This document shows, piece after piece, positions 9,101 to 17,513 of a stretch of 37,607 nucleotides of DNA. This DNA is from a virus (lineage: Duplodnaviria; Caudoviricetes), in IMG/VR virus record IMGVR_UViG_3300037634_004403, positions 1 through 37,607 of that record. One strand, 5' to 3'. The position numbers and the translations under genes were made by a program. The notes under the pieces were generated by a model. That model saw only the letters and a program-made list of their open reading frames with translations. It searched no databases and was not told where the DNA came from. Position 1 is the stretch's first letter; each line of letters begins with the position of its first letter.

Positions 9101-12100
9101 AGGAAATGATATTTATGGCTGCACTTCTTATTTTCAAGGCTATTATAGACATAATTATAAGGCTTATCTGTCTGGCCCTATCGGCCCTCGGCGCCGCCTT
9201 GAAGGACTTGCTTACCGGCAGCAATAGTCTTATGGATATGTTAAAGGATGAACTTTGCGGAGCAGGCGCCAAAGATGAACTGTTAGAAGAATCCATCACA
9301 AACTTAATTGAAACCCTTAGCGGCCCTGATGCGTCTTGTCTTGAAACAATGGATCCCGGTGATATAGGAGATTTTATTGATTCCATTTCGGCTACCTTAC
9401 TACAAAATGAGATATTGGACCTCTTAAATGGAAGCGCTTCTCCAGATGTATTGGAGATGGTTAGCCAACTAGCTATGATGTCTGGTTCTCCTTGCATAGC
9501 GGAGATTTTTGGAGATCCTCAAAATGTTGCCGATCTTTTTAATAATCTAGGAAACCTTGTCGACTTGTCAGAGCTGGAAAATCTTGTATCGCAACTAGAG
9601 GGAGACCCAACTTATATTAATCCGAGTATATGTGCTGATCCACTTGCTTTGGAGAACGTAGATAAGATTAGGTGTTATCTATTGAGCGGCAAGGGCTTGA
9701 CAGAAGAAGAGTGCCAAGAGGAGATCGACAAGCTAAAGAATCAGGCACTAGACGACTTAGGAACGCTCGCTGACGCGTTGCATGGTAATTTTCCGGGAGG
9801 GCCCCCGCTGAATTCCACAGGGCCCAATCCGTGCGGCCCTGAAGACGGCATCTTCCCATATAATTCTCCAGCATCTCTTAGCGCTGCACAAGCTGTAACA
9901 GACGCTATGTTTGAGGATCTGGCTATCGCGCACTCTCGTGATCTTCTTGGGGCCGGCGGCTTTTTGAATATGATATTGGCTGACACAAACGGGAAGGGTT
10001 TAAAGGCTCACAATTTTTGGGTTAAGTTTTTTGGATCGTCTGAAGCTAGATACCTTAGCACAATTCAGTGGTATACTGATGACGCCATTACTCAGTTGAA
10101 GGGCCCCGGCAATACCGAGGCGCCTTTGTCGCGAGGTGGCAAGGTGATGACCGGAAAAGAAGGAAATGGAAATAGCTTTTTCAATGGCATACCGGGAGTC
10201 AATGTAACCACCGGTGGTTTCCCGCCGACAGTTGCATCTTGGCTTAAAAAATCTTTGACAAATTTAGGCAGCCCGACGTGGGGGGATGATGATGATGATG
10301 ATGATGATGATAGAATATATCAGACCGCCACGGTCCCGGGAGGGTATAACAGCATCGAAGAAGCAAATGCTGCGGAACGAGAGCGAGCAAAGACAAATCA
10401 ATATAGATATAATATTCGAAGCGACTATATAGAAGCCTTTATTGATGAATATGACTTGGACTTGGACACTGACCGCACCGGGAACAAACGCTCCACATCC
10501 TCATCTAAACTGAGAGCGGGTATTGAAATTGGGGCCGGCCCCCTGTTTGTAAAAAACGTTTCTCTCGAAGAATACTACTGCTCCGGTTATGCTGATTGCG
10601 AGGGCTACCAGCCGGATGATATCAGCAAAAATGATTCGAGACATTTAGCAAGAGAAGTATTACGCGGAAAGCAAATCCTTGGTGGCGTTGGGCACAAGTT
10701 CACGGGAACCGGCAGAAAAAATCTAGATAAGAAGTGGTCAAAGAAGAATAGGAGACGAGCAGCTAAGTCTTCCGGTAGAAATATGCTAAGCACTTATTTC
10801 ACACAGGCATATCCATCAAAACAGTGGGAATACCTACCCGATTTAGATTTGTCGTCGGCCGACTTAAGACTTACATTTGAAGATTATTTGGGAGAATATG
10901 GTCTTAAGGTAGAATACGATCCCAACCCAGTTGATGCAGATACTATGCTGATGTCGTTCCCGCGCACTGTAACAACTAAATACCCGGCACCGCGAGCAAG
11001 GGAAGGAATTAGAATCGACGCACAAGGAGATGAGTTCGTGGGCCCCGCGGATGATTCATATATATTGTCGATCTATGAAATGTTCGATTCAAGAACCCCA
11101 GAGACAGCGAATACTCCCGGTGATGGGGTTGCTCTGCCACCTGGGGGCTTGAAGACAGATACGGGGTATATACGAACACACAAACTAAAAGGTAGTTCAC
11201 TTACGGATCCAGAGGTCGTAGAATTTATTGAGGAAACATTAAACATTAATACAGAAATGGAAAAGATTCACTTCGGTACCGCGGGCTTTGATATTGCCGA
11301 CAAGACTACGGGCCTCTCTAAGCAGGGTATAACCTTTACTACTCTTATAAAGAACGCCCTGCTAGAAAGAGGGGTTGGAGATGACACCGGTCAGCAATTT
11401 GGCTTTTTGCTCCGACAAAATGAAAACTTAATTGAACTTAATATAAAACAGCGCGGGAATCGTTTTGATGAAATTAGTGATTATTATGTTAAGCAAATAG
11501 CAAATAGAATTTCTCAAAATAGTAGAGCTTTTGATTTTGGTTGGCAAGCTAGTGATAAACCCAAGATTAAGATGTTGGATCCTGAGAAATATGGTGGGAC
11601 TCCCGAGGCGCCCCCGTTTTATTTACAACCGCCGAATAGACCCGGTTGGTTAGGCTTGGTTGATGATATTCTACCAGAGTGGGATGGCTGCGAGCCAAGA
11701 AGTACTGATTTGATTAATTTCAATTCTTTAAAGAAGTTGGTCGATGATAGGAATCAAAGCTTAACTGAAGATCCTAGATTAGAATCGGATCCACTATGTA
11801 TTAACGAAGCTCCATATGATAAAATATTGGATAAATTTTCGTTTGCCTCAATAGAGGGAGTGATAGCTGCAACAATTAGAATATATGCTGCGGAGATGTT
11901 GCTTCAAGGCATGCCCGTGTTCTCTCTGTTCCATGCCAGAATACCCGAAAACTTTGACGATGTGTTCCTGGGATATCTTGTTGATAAAATGGAAGCTGGT
12001 CTCATAGACGAGGGGACCAAATTTAACCTCTTTAAGGGACAAGTTATCGACAAGTCTTACTGGTACCAGTTTGTAGAAATGGCGGTGCAGTCTTTTATCA

Positions 12101-13710
12101 CGAGGCTGCCAGAAGAATATAATCCAGCCGGTAATGGCGAGCTTACCGATCTAACTCCTTTAGAAATCAAGGCATATACCAATATTGCAGCGGCCGTTGA
12201 AACTTTCTATCACATTGAAAGGTTTGAATATGATCCCAAGGGACAGGGTTACGCCGCCTTAACAAACAATGCGATTAATGGTCAAAGCCTCATCAAAAGA
12301 ATAATGGAGTCTAGACCGACCGCCGCTAGAATGGCCAAGAACGCCCCCGCAGGTCAATTCAGTAAAGCAGACGCGAAATACGCAAAAGAGTTAGCTTTCG
12401 AAACCATACTTGAAGAAACTATGGACGATGCAAAAATAATCTTAAGGAGATTAATAAGAGAAGAATTGGAAAGATTAGCCGAGCAGTTTAACGAGGCCAT
12501 TAAACCTTCCATTTATTCAATGGATTCCTTGTTGTTGGGAAATTCTGATTTTATCGATGGCTCTTTAACAGATAACAAAGGTAATTATAGGGATCCCTTG
12601 CCGGTCCAAACAACGGATGCGGGCGAAGCCCCGGCCGATGCGCGTGATACACGCGGCGCCGAAGGGTATGAGAGAGATTTTGTACTTCAGAAATATATTC
12701 GAATCATCGACAAAGAGAATCCAGACGCACGAATAGAAGAAGGCAGAACTCCGGAAATGTATAATGTTGTTAACATCGATGCGTGGCATCGACATGTCGA
12801 CCGCCTCTCTAGACGCGGTGTGCGAGGTAAGATATCAGAATATTGGGGAGATCTTGAGACTGTAATAGATCCGGATCGCGACACTATAGAAGAAGAAAGA
12901 GAATTTGCTAAGCTTACAAAAAAGCAGGCAACATTCCAGAAGCTAGGCAGGGTGCTTAGTGACGAGGACCTTAAAAGATTAGAAGAACTCCAGGCACTTT
13001 TGGAGACCTTCGGACAAGAAATAGAGGTTGGTGAATCCGGCTGGAGATTCGGTGTGAGAATATGTTATGTTGCCAAGCCGAGCAGATTCACCCCGGGCCG
13101 GTCGGAAGAGGCAATCCTACGGAGTATCACAGGAGACGCCGGTATAACCCAGGCAATGAATGAAAAGGCCTTTAAGGGAGACCAGATTCTGATCCCTGTC
13201 GCTCACGGCGAATTAGAAATTCCCGATCAGGAATTTACAAACTTTGATCCTGATTCATATGATATTGATTGTTTAATTGCTGAACTGATTAAGGATCCTG
13301 CATATAAAACCTTGTTCAATTATTGTTTCCCCCTTAAAACGTTTTTGTCCACTCTGACTATTTATTGTATCAAGGCATTTGTGCCGTCGATAGGCAACAC
13401 AGGGGATCCCAAGGATGGCGGAGACCGCTGGGTCGTCCCCGGGGGGAGATCAATGTCTGGCTTTAGAAGGTGGGACGGGAAAAAAGAACCATTTAGAAAA
13501 TCGACTAAAAAGGCCAGACAAATGTTTGAAGTTTTGTATAATGCTTCTACTAAAGATAACAGCTACAAAGACAGAGAGGATAACGGCGAGAAGCAGAAAT
13601 GGTGGAAGAAACTTGCGCCTAAGTGGAATTACGATGTCGGCTTAAGGTGGTGGATGATGCCACGAATGCGATCGAGACCCTATGATAAAAACGGCAATGA
13701 ATGTGAATAA
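6118..13710 (+). CDS. Very large (2530 aa) probable virion protein of unknown function
   Basis: Uninterrupted ORF between the spike-like and gp25-like genes. It has a Cys-containing N-terminus, an E/K-rich coiled coil, a long hydrophobic helix pair and a poly-Asp tract. Confidence 0.8.
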   Translation: MADPRDPDILRDAEGFPFPDADESARDRDAARDAARAARGIARGEPVVPSELDDIPTGDEAGDGRVRCPRGEVWSYSERKCVPDDNPDNFDNPDFDFMDCEPSDANLEPPEECAVCEKDPLAFVPSWKRLANKEVFFDGKECLYSAVVHDINLDSWQRTMTRPGTTTALAQQVRKKITVSDPDGDAKIAGLELMFEFLQKAEVVKAAEFLPKEETGVGQVTSGLFPFLPGAKESGKYTREEKDINMIDELLKLKDIVQVESVVSIRPNIPTKFLISVPVEYIIDLPNVVVAGIPEDIPTDEPLKVQFTGDDIKEKFQIMANPLNGVMMVYHRQYQIWLRQGGGVFKKTKYNDETQRFEVTGKNFKLDLKDHAGKMRDFLDSLSEMLSTQNLVIPGSGTKLRTQAPNVEKVIVNIENTDKAPGGKLRIKNVKANKKGCELVVFNEKRPATSYQFKKFERQFRNTTLLGYIGQIPSMCDSSQARDPSEWFDWVVDHTYPPVEVQLGLNADDASSEQSFASCAAGGLIFDPIEEILGSLGEELGKVLKEKFGAGEILCLSPEEAKAEMKESRDATKLAKAEAEEARRVWKIAKDERKETEKELKELYKKAEAMSVDEFGDVEDVTAAQDIGMMIQALEDMLKDLQKTEDAAKKDLKEKKVFLSKDLTERMRGTFKEEMSTYAAKNPLFESLPKLLDSFAKKGKGSKKNLWKDVIKKLGPCGLLALLAEAMKCLMEGMGLDDAKKKLVEAAFKAMDNANLEKIFIGLPPEEQAAVMAEIEKELKGVKPPWEDPYKEGTYSGSGWNKDDLRNDVLQAQGGKTTDEIRAEAKEAGESYNKAIKAEVDKDDMKSARKARRADTAAKLFGEDGHVLPGGGVQQHPKQGSLAMAVNDAQKIIFEAYKKAILKLIGADYLFEQLEKLPGAALIAALIKDIPCKKPPPWRIDPPLGEFFHFGNLNPCDLKNTTGVWQIPPRFYFRKPVNLWWMAAYLWYILKEIAEEMIFMAALLIFKAIIDIIIRLICLALSALGAALKDLLTGSNSLMDMLKDELCGAGAKDELLEESITNLIETLSGPDASCLETMDPGDIGDFIDSISATLLQNEILDLLNGSASPDVLEMVSQLAMMSGSPCIAEIFGDPQNVADLFNNLGNLVDLSELENLVSQLEGDPTYINPSICADPLALENVDKIRCYLLSGKGLTEEECQEEIDKLKNQALDDLGTLADALHGNFPGGPPLNSTGPNPCGPEDGIFPYNSPASLSAAQAVTDAMFEDLAIAHSRDLLGAGGFLNMILADTNGKGLKAHNFWVKFFGSSEARYLSTIQWYTDDAITQLKGPGNTEAPLSRGGKVMTGKEGNGNSFFNGIPGVNVTTGGFPPTVASWLKKSLTNLGSPTWGDDDDDDDDDRIYQTATVPGGYNSIEEANAAERERAKTNQYRYNIRSDYIEAFIDEYDLDLDTDRTGNKRSTSSSKLRAGIEIGAGPLFVKNVSLEEYYCSGYADCEGYQPDDISKNDSRHLAREVLRGKQILGGVGHKFTGTGRKNLDKKWSKKNRRRAAKSSGRNMLSTYFTQAYPSKQWEYLPDLDLSSADLRLTFEDYLGEYGLKVEYDPNPVDADTMLMSFPRTVTTKYPAPRAREGIRIDAQGDEFVGPADDSYILSIYEMFDSRTPETANTPGDGVALPPGGLKTDTGYIRTHKLKGSSLTDPEVVEFIEETLNINTEMEKIHFGTAGFDIADKTTGLSKQGITFTTLIKNALLERGVGDDTGQQFGFLLRQNENLIELNIKQRGNRFDEISDYYVKQIANRISQNSRAFDFGWQASDKPKIKMLDPEKYGGTPEAPPFYLQPPNRPGWLGLVDDILPEWDGCEPRSTDLINFNSLKKLVDDRNQSLTEDPRLESDPLCINEAPYDKILDKFSFASIEGVIAATIRIYAAEMLLQGMPVFSLFHARIPENFDDVFLGYLVDKMEAGLIDEGTKFNLFKGQVIDKSYWYQFVEMAVQSFITRLPEEYNPAGNGELTDLTPLEIKAYTNIAAAVETFYHIERFEYDPKGQGYAALTNNAINGQSLIKRIMESRPTAARMAKNAPAGQFSKADAKYAKELAFETILEETMDDAKIILRRLIREELERLAEQFNEAIKPSIYSMDSLLLGNSDFIDGSLTDNKGNYRDPLPVQTTDAGEAPADARDTRGAEGYERDFVLQKYIRIIDKENPDARIEEGRTPEMYNVVNIDAWHRHVDRLSRRGVRGKISEYWGDLETVIDPDRDTIEEEREFAKLTKKQATFQKLGRVLSDEDLKRLEELQALLETFGQEIEVGESGWRFGVRICYVAKPSRFTPGRSEEAILRSITGDAGITQAMNEKAFKGDQILIPVAHGELEIPDQEFTNFDPDSYDIDCLIAELIKDPAYKTLFNYCFPLKTFLSTLTIYCIKAFVPSIGNTGDPKDGGDRWVVPGGRSMSGFRRWDGKKEPFRKSTKKARQMFEVLYNASTKDNSYKDREDNGEKQKWWKKLAPKWNYDVGLRWWMMPRMRSRPYDKNGNECE
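6199..6235 (+). repeat. Short in-frame tandem repeat (CGAGACGCCGCC x2 plus degenerate copies)
   Basis: Read directly; encodes RDAARDAARAAR. Confidence 0.85.
10285..10311 (+). repeat. (GAT)9 trinucleotide microsatellite encoding poly-Asp
   Basis: Nine perfect GAT units, in frame in the 2530-aa ORF (WGDDDDDDDDDRIY). Confidence 0.95.
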
Positions 13711-13721
13711 AGGAATCTAAC

Positions 13722-14114
13722 ATGGCATACGGATTTGCACCAAAATTAACACTAGAACTTAATACCGAGGATGGAGCATATAGGCTTTTAAAAACGGTCC
13801 CGGGAGTTGCAAAGCAAAATCTTAAAATGCTTATCTTGACATCTCCTGGCGAGAGGATCATGATTCCAGAGTTTGGTGTAGGGTTAAGACGATTTCTTTT
13901 TGAGTTGGCTGGAGCCGGGATAGAAGAGAGGATTAAGCAAAGAATTGTTGATCAGGTTGCTAAATATTTGCCATATATTCGTCTAGGTGCTGTTTTGGTG
14001 AACACAGCACAAACAGATTCAAGTATCCCGGATAACATTTTGGCGGTTAGAATTATTTATTCTGTTCCTTCGGCGCGAGCCGTAAGACAAACATTGGATG
14101 TTAAAGTTTCTTAA
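13722..14114 (+). CDS. Baseplate wedge subunit, T4 gp25 / P2 gpW family
   Basis: KQNLKMLILTSPGERIMIPEFGVGLRRFLFE...I...VAKYLPYI is the gp25/GPW signature; 130 aa. Confidence 0.92.
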   Translation: MAYGFAPKLTLELNTEDGAYRLLKTVPGVAKQNLKMLILTSPGERIMIPEFGVGLRRFLFELAGAGIEERIKQRIVDQVAKYLPYIRLGAVLVNTAQTDSSIPDNILAVRIIYSVPSARAVRQTLDVKVS

Positions 14115-14116
14115 AC

Positions 14117-14125
14117 ACTAATTAT
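14117..14125 (+). promoter_or_regulatory. Putative late promoter motif ACTAATTAT
   Basis: Intergenic copy 17 nt upstream of ATG 14143. Confidence 0.6.
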
Positions 14126-14142
14126 ACCAAGAGGCTTATTAT

Positions 14143-15933
14143 ATGGCTAAAACTAAAATTCCAATCAAATATACTAGTAGAGAATTCGATTCCATAAAAA
14201 GCGATTTAATCGATTACGCAAAAAGGTATTATCCCGATACCATAAAAGATTTCAGCGAAGCGTCGTTTGCGTCTCTGATGTTGGACTCTACGGCCTATAT
14301 CGGGGATATACTTTCATTCTATCTAGATTATCAGGTTAACGAGTCCTTTCTGGACTCTGCCATTGAATATAACAATGTTATTAGATTAGCACGACAAATG
14401 GGATACAAGTTCCGCGGCTCTGCCGCGGCAACTGGGCTTGTTACATTATATGTGGTTATCCCTGCAAACTCGACTGGTCTTGGGCCAAATAGTAATTATA
14501 TGCCGATTTTGAAAAGAGGATCAACATTCTCTTCTGGTAAAACTGGATATGTTTTGACTGAGGATATACGTTTTGATCATCCGTCCAACCAACAAGTTGC
14601 AGCCCGATTCAATGGTTCTACCGGCAATCCTACCCACTATGCGATCCGCGCAACCGGTCAGGTTATATCTGGTTTGTTTAGTACCGAAATGGTTGACGTA
14701 GGAGGTTTTGAGAGGTTTAAGAAGGTGAAACTTTCCACTCCCAACGTTGTTGAGGTGGTCACAGTGACAGACAGAGCGGGAAACGAATACTTTGAAGTAG
14801 AGTATTTATCTCAAAATATTGTCTTTAAGGATGTAGCTAACAAAGGATCAGATAAAGATGACACTCCAGCTATATTAAAACCATATGTGGTGCCAAGAAG
14901 ATTTGTTGTCGAAAGATTGAAAAGAGATACTTATCTACAATTTGGATATGGATCGGATAAGGAGCTTTCTTCCCCCTCGGTTGTTGAGCCAGCCGATGTA
15001 GTATTGCAGAGGCACGCGAAGTCATATACAACTGATGTTACTTTTGATCCTTCAAAACTGTTAGGAACTGATAAATTTGGCATTTGCCCAACCAATACAA
15101 AGTTGACTGTTGTGATTAGATCAAATACTTCTTCAAATGTTAATGCAGGAGTGGGAACAATAAAGACAGTTACTAATGCGATTTTAGAATATAATGATGT
15201 CTCTAAGATATCCCGGGCAACTAGAGCGGAGATACTTGACTCATTGGAGGTTTATAATGACGAGGCGATTATAGGTGCTCCAGTTTTACCTTCTGTCGAA
15301 GAAATTAGACGAAGAAGCCTAGACACCTTTGCTTCTCAAGGGAGAGCAGTAACAAAGGAAGATTATGAGGCGATGTGTTATACAATGCCTCCAAAATATG
15401 GAGTAGTCAAGAGGGCGGCGATATTCAAGGATCCCGATAGCCTGAAAAGAAATCTTAATCTTTATGTTCTGTCAGAGGACTCCACAGGCAAACTTACGCA
15501 GGCTAACGAATCACTTAAAAAGAACTTGAAAGTTTGGCTTAATAACGTTAGGATGATTAACGATACGGTCGATATCTTGGATGCTAAGGTCGTTGATTTT
15601 GGTATAGAATTCTCCGTAATTGCAAATCAAGAGTTTAACCGATATGACGTATTGGAAAATTGTTTGACAGCTCTTCGCAGAAAGTTTACACAACCTTTGT
15701 TTATTGGCGAACCGTTTTTCATAACCGACATTTACAACGAATTGAATAAATTGGCCTCAGTTGCAGATGCCGTAAAGGTCAAAGTTGTTCGCAAGACAGG
15801 CGCGAATTATTCCAACGTTACTGTAAATATTAATGATCTAATGTCTTCCGATGGAAGATATCTTAACGTTCCAAAAAATGTGTGTTTACAAATTAGGTTC
15901 CCGAGAAACGATATTAAGGGCTCAGTGAAGTAA
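14143..15933 (+). CDS. Baseplate wedge subunit, T4 gp6 / baseplate-J-like
   Basis: YTSREFDSIKSDL, DFSEAS...AYIGDILSFYLD..VNESFLDSA....VIRLARQMGY, LQFGYG, SQGRAVTKEDYE. Follows the gp25-like gene. Confidence 0.9.
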   Translation: MAKTKIPIKYTSREFDSIKSDLIDYAKRYYPDTIKDFSEASFASLMLDSTAYIGDILSFYLDYQVNESFLDSAIEYNNVIRLARQMGYKFRGSAAATGLVTLYVVIPANSTGLGPNSNYMPILKRGSTFSSGKTGYVLTEDIRFDHPSNQQVAARFNGSTGNPTHYAIRATGQVISGLFSTEMVDVGGFERFKKVKLSTPNVVEVVTVTDRAGNEYFEVEYLSQNIVFKDVANKGSDKDDTPAILKPYVVPRRFVVERLKRDTYLQFGYGSDKELSSPSVVEPADVVLQRHAKSYTTDVTFDPSKLLGTDKFGICPTNTKLTVVIRSNTSSNVNAGVGTIKTVTNAILEYNDVSKISRATRAEILDSLEVYNDEAIIGAPVLPSVEEIRRRSLDTFASQGRAVTKEDYEAMCYTMPPKYGVVKRAAIFKDPDSLKRNLNLYVLSEDSTGKLTQANESLKKNLKVWLNNVRMINDTVDILDAKVVDFGIEFSVIANQEFNRYDVLENCLTALRRKFTQPLFIGEPFFITDIYNELNKLASVADAVKVKVVRKTGANYSNVTVNINDLMSSDGRYLNVPKNVCLQIRFPRNDIKGSVK

Positions 15934-17513
15934 TGGCTATCAAAAGATATTATGCTACGTTAGATAATACTATAACCAATGCCTATAAAACGGATATGAA
16001 CACTCGTGGCACAAGCTCTAACATGGGGGCCTCTGATATATTGGAAGTGTTCTCACTGTATGGATTACAGAATAGTCAAAGCTCAGAGCTGTCAAGAATT
16101 CTAATACAGTTCCCAATCGATCAGATACAGACAGATCGGTCTGCCAGCACTATTCCGGCCAGTGGCAATGTTGACTTTTACCTTAGACTTTTTAATGCGA
16201 GACATAGCCAGACTTTACCAAAAAGCTATAATTTGATAATTACTCGTGTCGAAAAGTCTTGGTCCGAAGGCACCGGTTTAGATATGGAAGGCTACACCGA
16301 TATTGGTCAATCTAATTGGATAAGATCTGATAGCAGCACCAATTGGACCAATGAGGGTGGAGACTACACACACGGTTCCGCATTCTCTTTTTCTGCATCT
16401 TTTGATGTCGGTGATGAAGATCTAGAGGTTAATATTTCACCCTTAGTGGAGCGGTGGGCAAACGATACTGGGCACGCATACGGCTCAGTACCAAATTATG
16501 GAGTCGGGATCTTTCTCACCCCCTCGATTGAGGCAACAGATAGTTCGTATTATACAAAAAAGTTCTTCGCCAGAGGCACAGAATTCTTTTTTAAGAAGCC
16601 TTGTATCGAGGCACGTTGGAATTCATCTAAGAAAGATGATAGGGCAAACTTTTATTATAGTAGCTCTTTGGCGCCAGGGGACGATAACGTCAACACACTT
16701 TATTTATATAATTACGTCAGAGGTAGGCTAAGAAATATCCCGGGACTTGAAAAAACAGGTGGGAAAATATATGTAAGTCTTTTTTCTGGGTCTTCAAATA
16801 ATATGTCGGCGTCAGCATATCATCCAATTCATCTTGCAAAAGGTGGTGGAGTTGCCGCGGCATTGGACTTTAATGCGACAGGAGGCATAATTTCTACGGG
16901 GATATACACGGCGTCACTTTGCGCAACGGCTGCTTCTACACCATTAACGAAATTGTTTGACGTATGGCACGATGCTAGTTCAGAAGATATCAATCACAAT
17001 GGTGGCGCCCCTTACGGCAGGGGGGCCACACAGTACAAGTCTGGATCAATCGAACCCAAAAGTGTATACACTTATAATATAAATCCGTCTAATCAGTATG
17101 CATCAAGTATTACAAATCTTAGATCTTCTTACTCAAGGGATGAAACAGCTAGATTTAGAGTTTTCATTAGAGAAAAAGGCTGGAGCCCGACTATCTACTC
17201 TAAAGCAACACAGGAAATACAACCCTCAATATTAGAAAGTGCATCATATAGTGTACATCGTATAGTTGATGATTTTATTGCTTTCCCCCACGGAACAGCT
17301 TCTACTGGTGATCCGTCCAGAGGAGGGGTAAAGACTTTGCATACGATGATGTCGTATGATATATCAGGAAATTATTTTGATTTTGATATGGGTATGCTAG
17401 AGGATGGATATTCCTATGGTATTTCTTTGGCTTATTATAATGATGCGGTAGGATCTTGGGTTGAGCAACCCGAAACGTTCAAATTTAGGATTGAATCGAG
17501 GCAGAAAGGCTAA
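15933..17513 (+). CDS. Virion structural protein with a DNRLRE-like beta-sandwich N-terminal domain
   Basis: DNTI...N.GASDILEV...SRILIQF..D...YLRLFN...SWSEGTG...NW...GGDY pattern. TAATG-coupled on both sides. Confidence 0.6.
   Translation: MAIKRYYATLDNTITNAYKTDMNTRGTSSNMGASDILEVFSLYGLQNSQSSELSRILIQFPIDQIQTDRSASTIPASGNVDFYLRLFNARHSQTLPKSYNLIITRVEKSWSEGTGLDMEGYTDIGQSNWIRSDSSTNWTNEGGDYTHGSAFSFSASFDVGDEDLEVNISPLVERWANDTGHAYGSVPNYGVGIFLTPSIEATDSSYYTKKFFARGTEFFFKKPCIEARWNSSKKDDRANFYYSSSLAPGDDNVNTLYLYNYVRGRLRNIPGLEKTGGKIYVSLFSGSSNNMSASAYHPIHLAKGGGVAAALDFNATGGIISTGIYTASLCATAASTPLTKLFDVWHDASSEDINHNGGAPYGRGATQYKSGSIEPKSVYTYNINPSNQYASSITNLRSSYSRDETARFRVFIREKGWSPTIYSKATQEIQPSILESASYSVHRIVDDFIAFPHGTASTGDPSRGGVKTLHTMMSYDISGNYFDFDMGMLEDGYSYGISLAYYNDAVGSWVEQPETFKFRIESRQKG

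Noticed and set aside
5102-17513. Interpretation as an eCIS, tailocin or T6SS locus
   Set aside because: T4-like gp6, giant virion proteins, a phage-type sigma, RuvC and uninterrupted phage-like gene packing fit a large phage. No Afp/Tss-specific ATPase or membrane-complex genes are seen.
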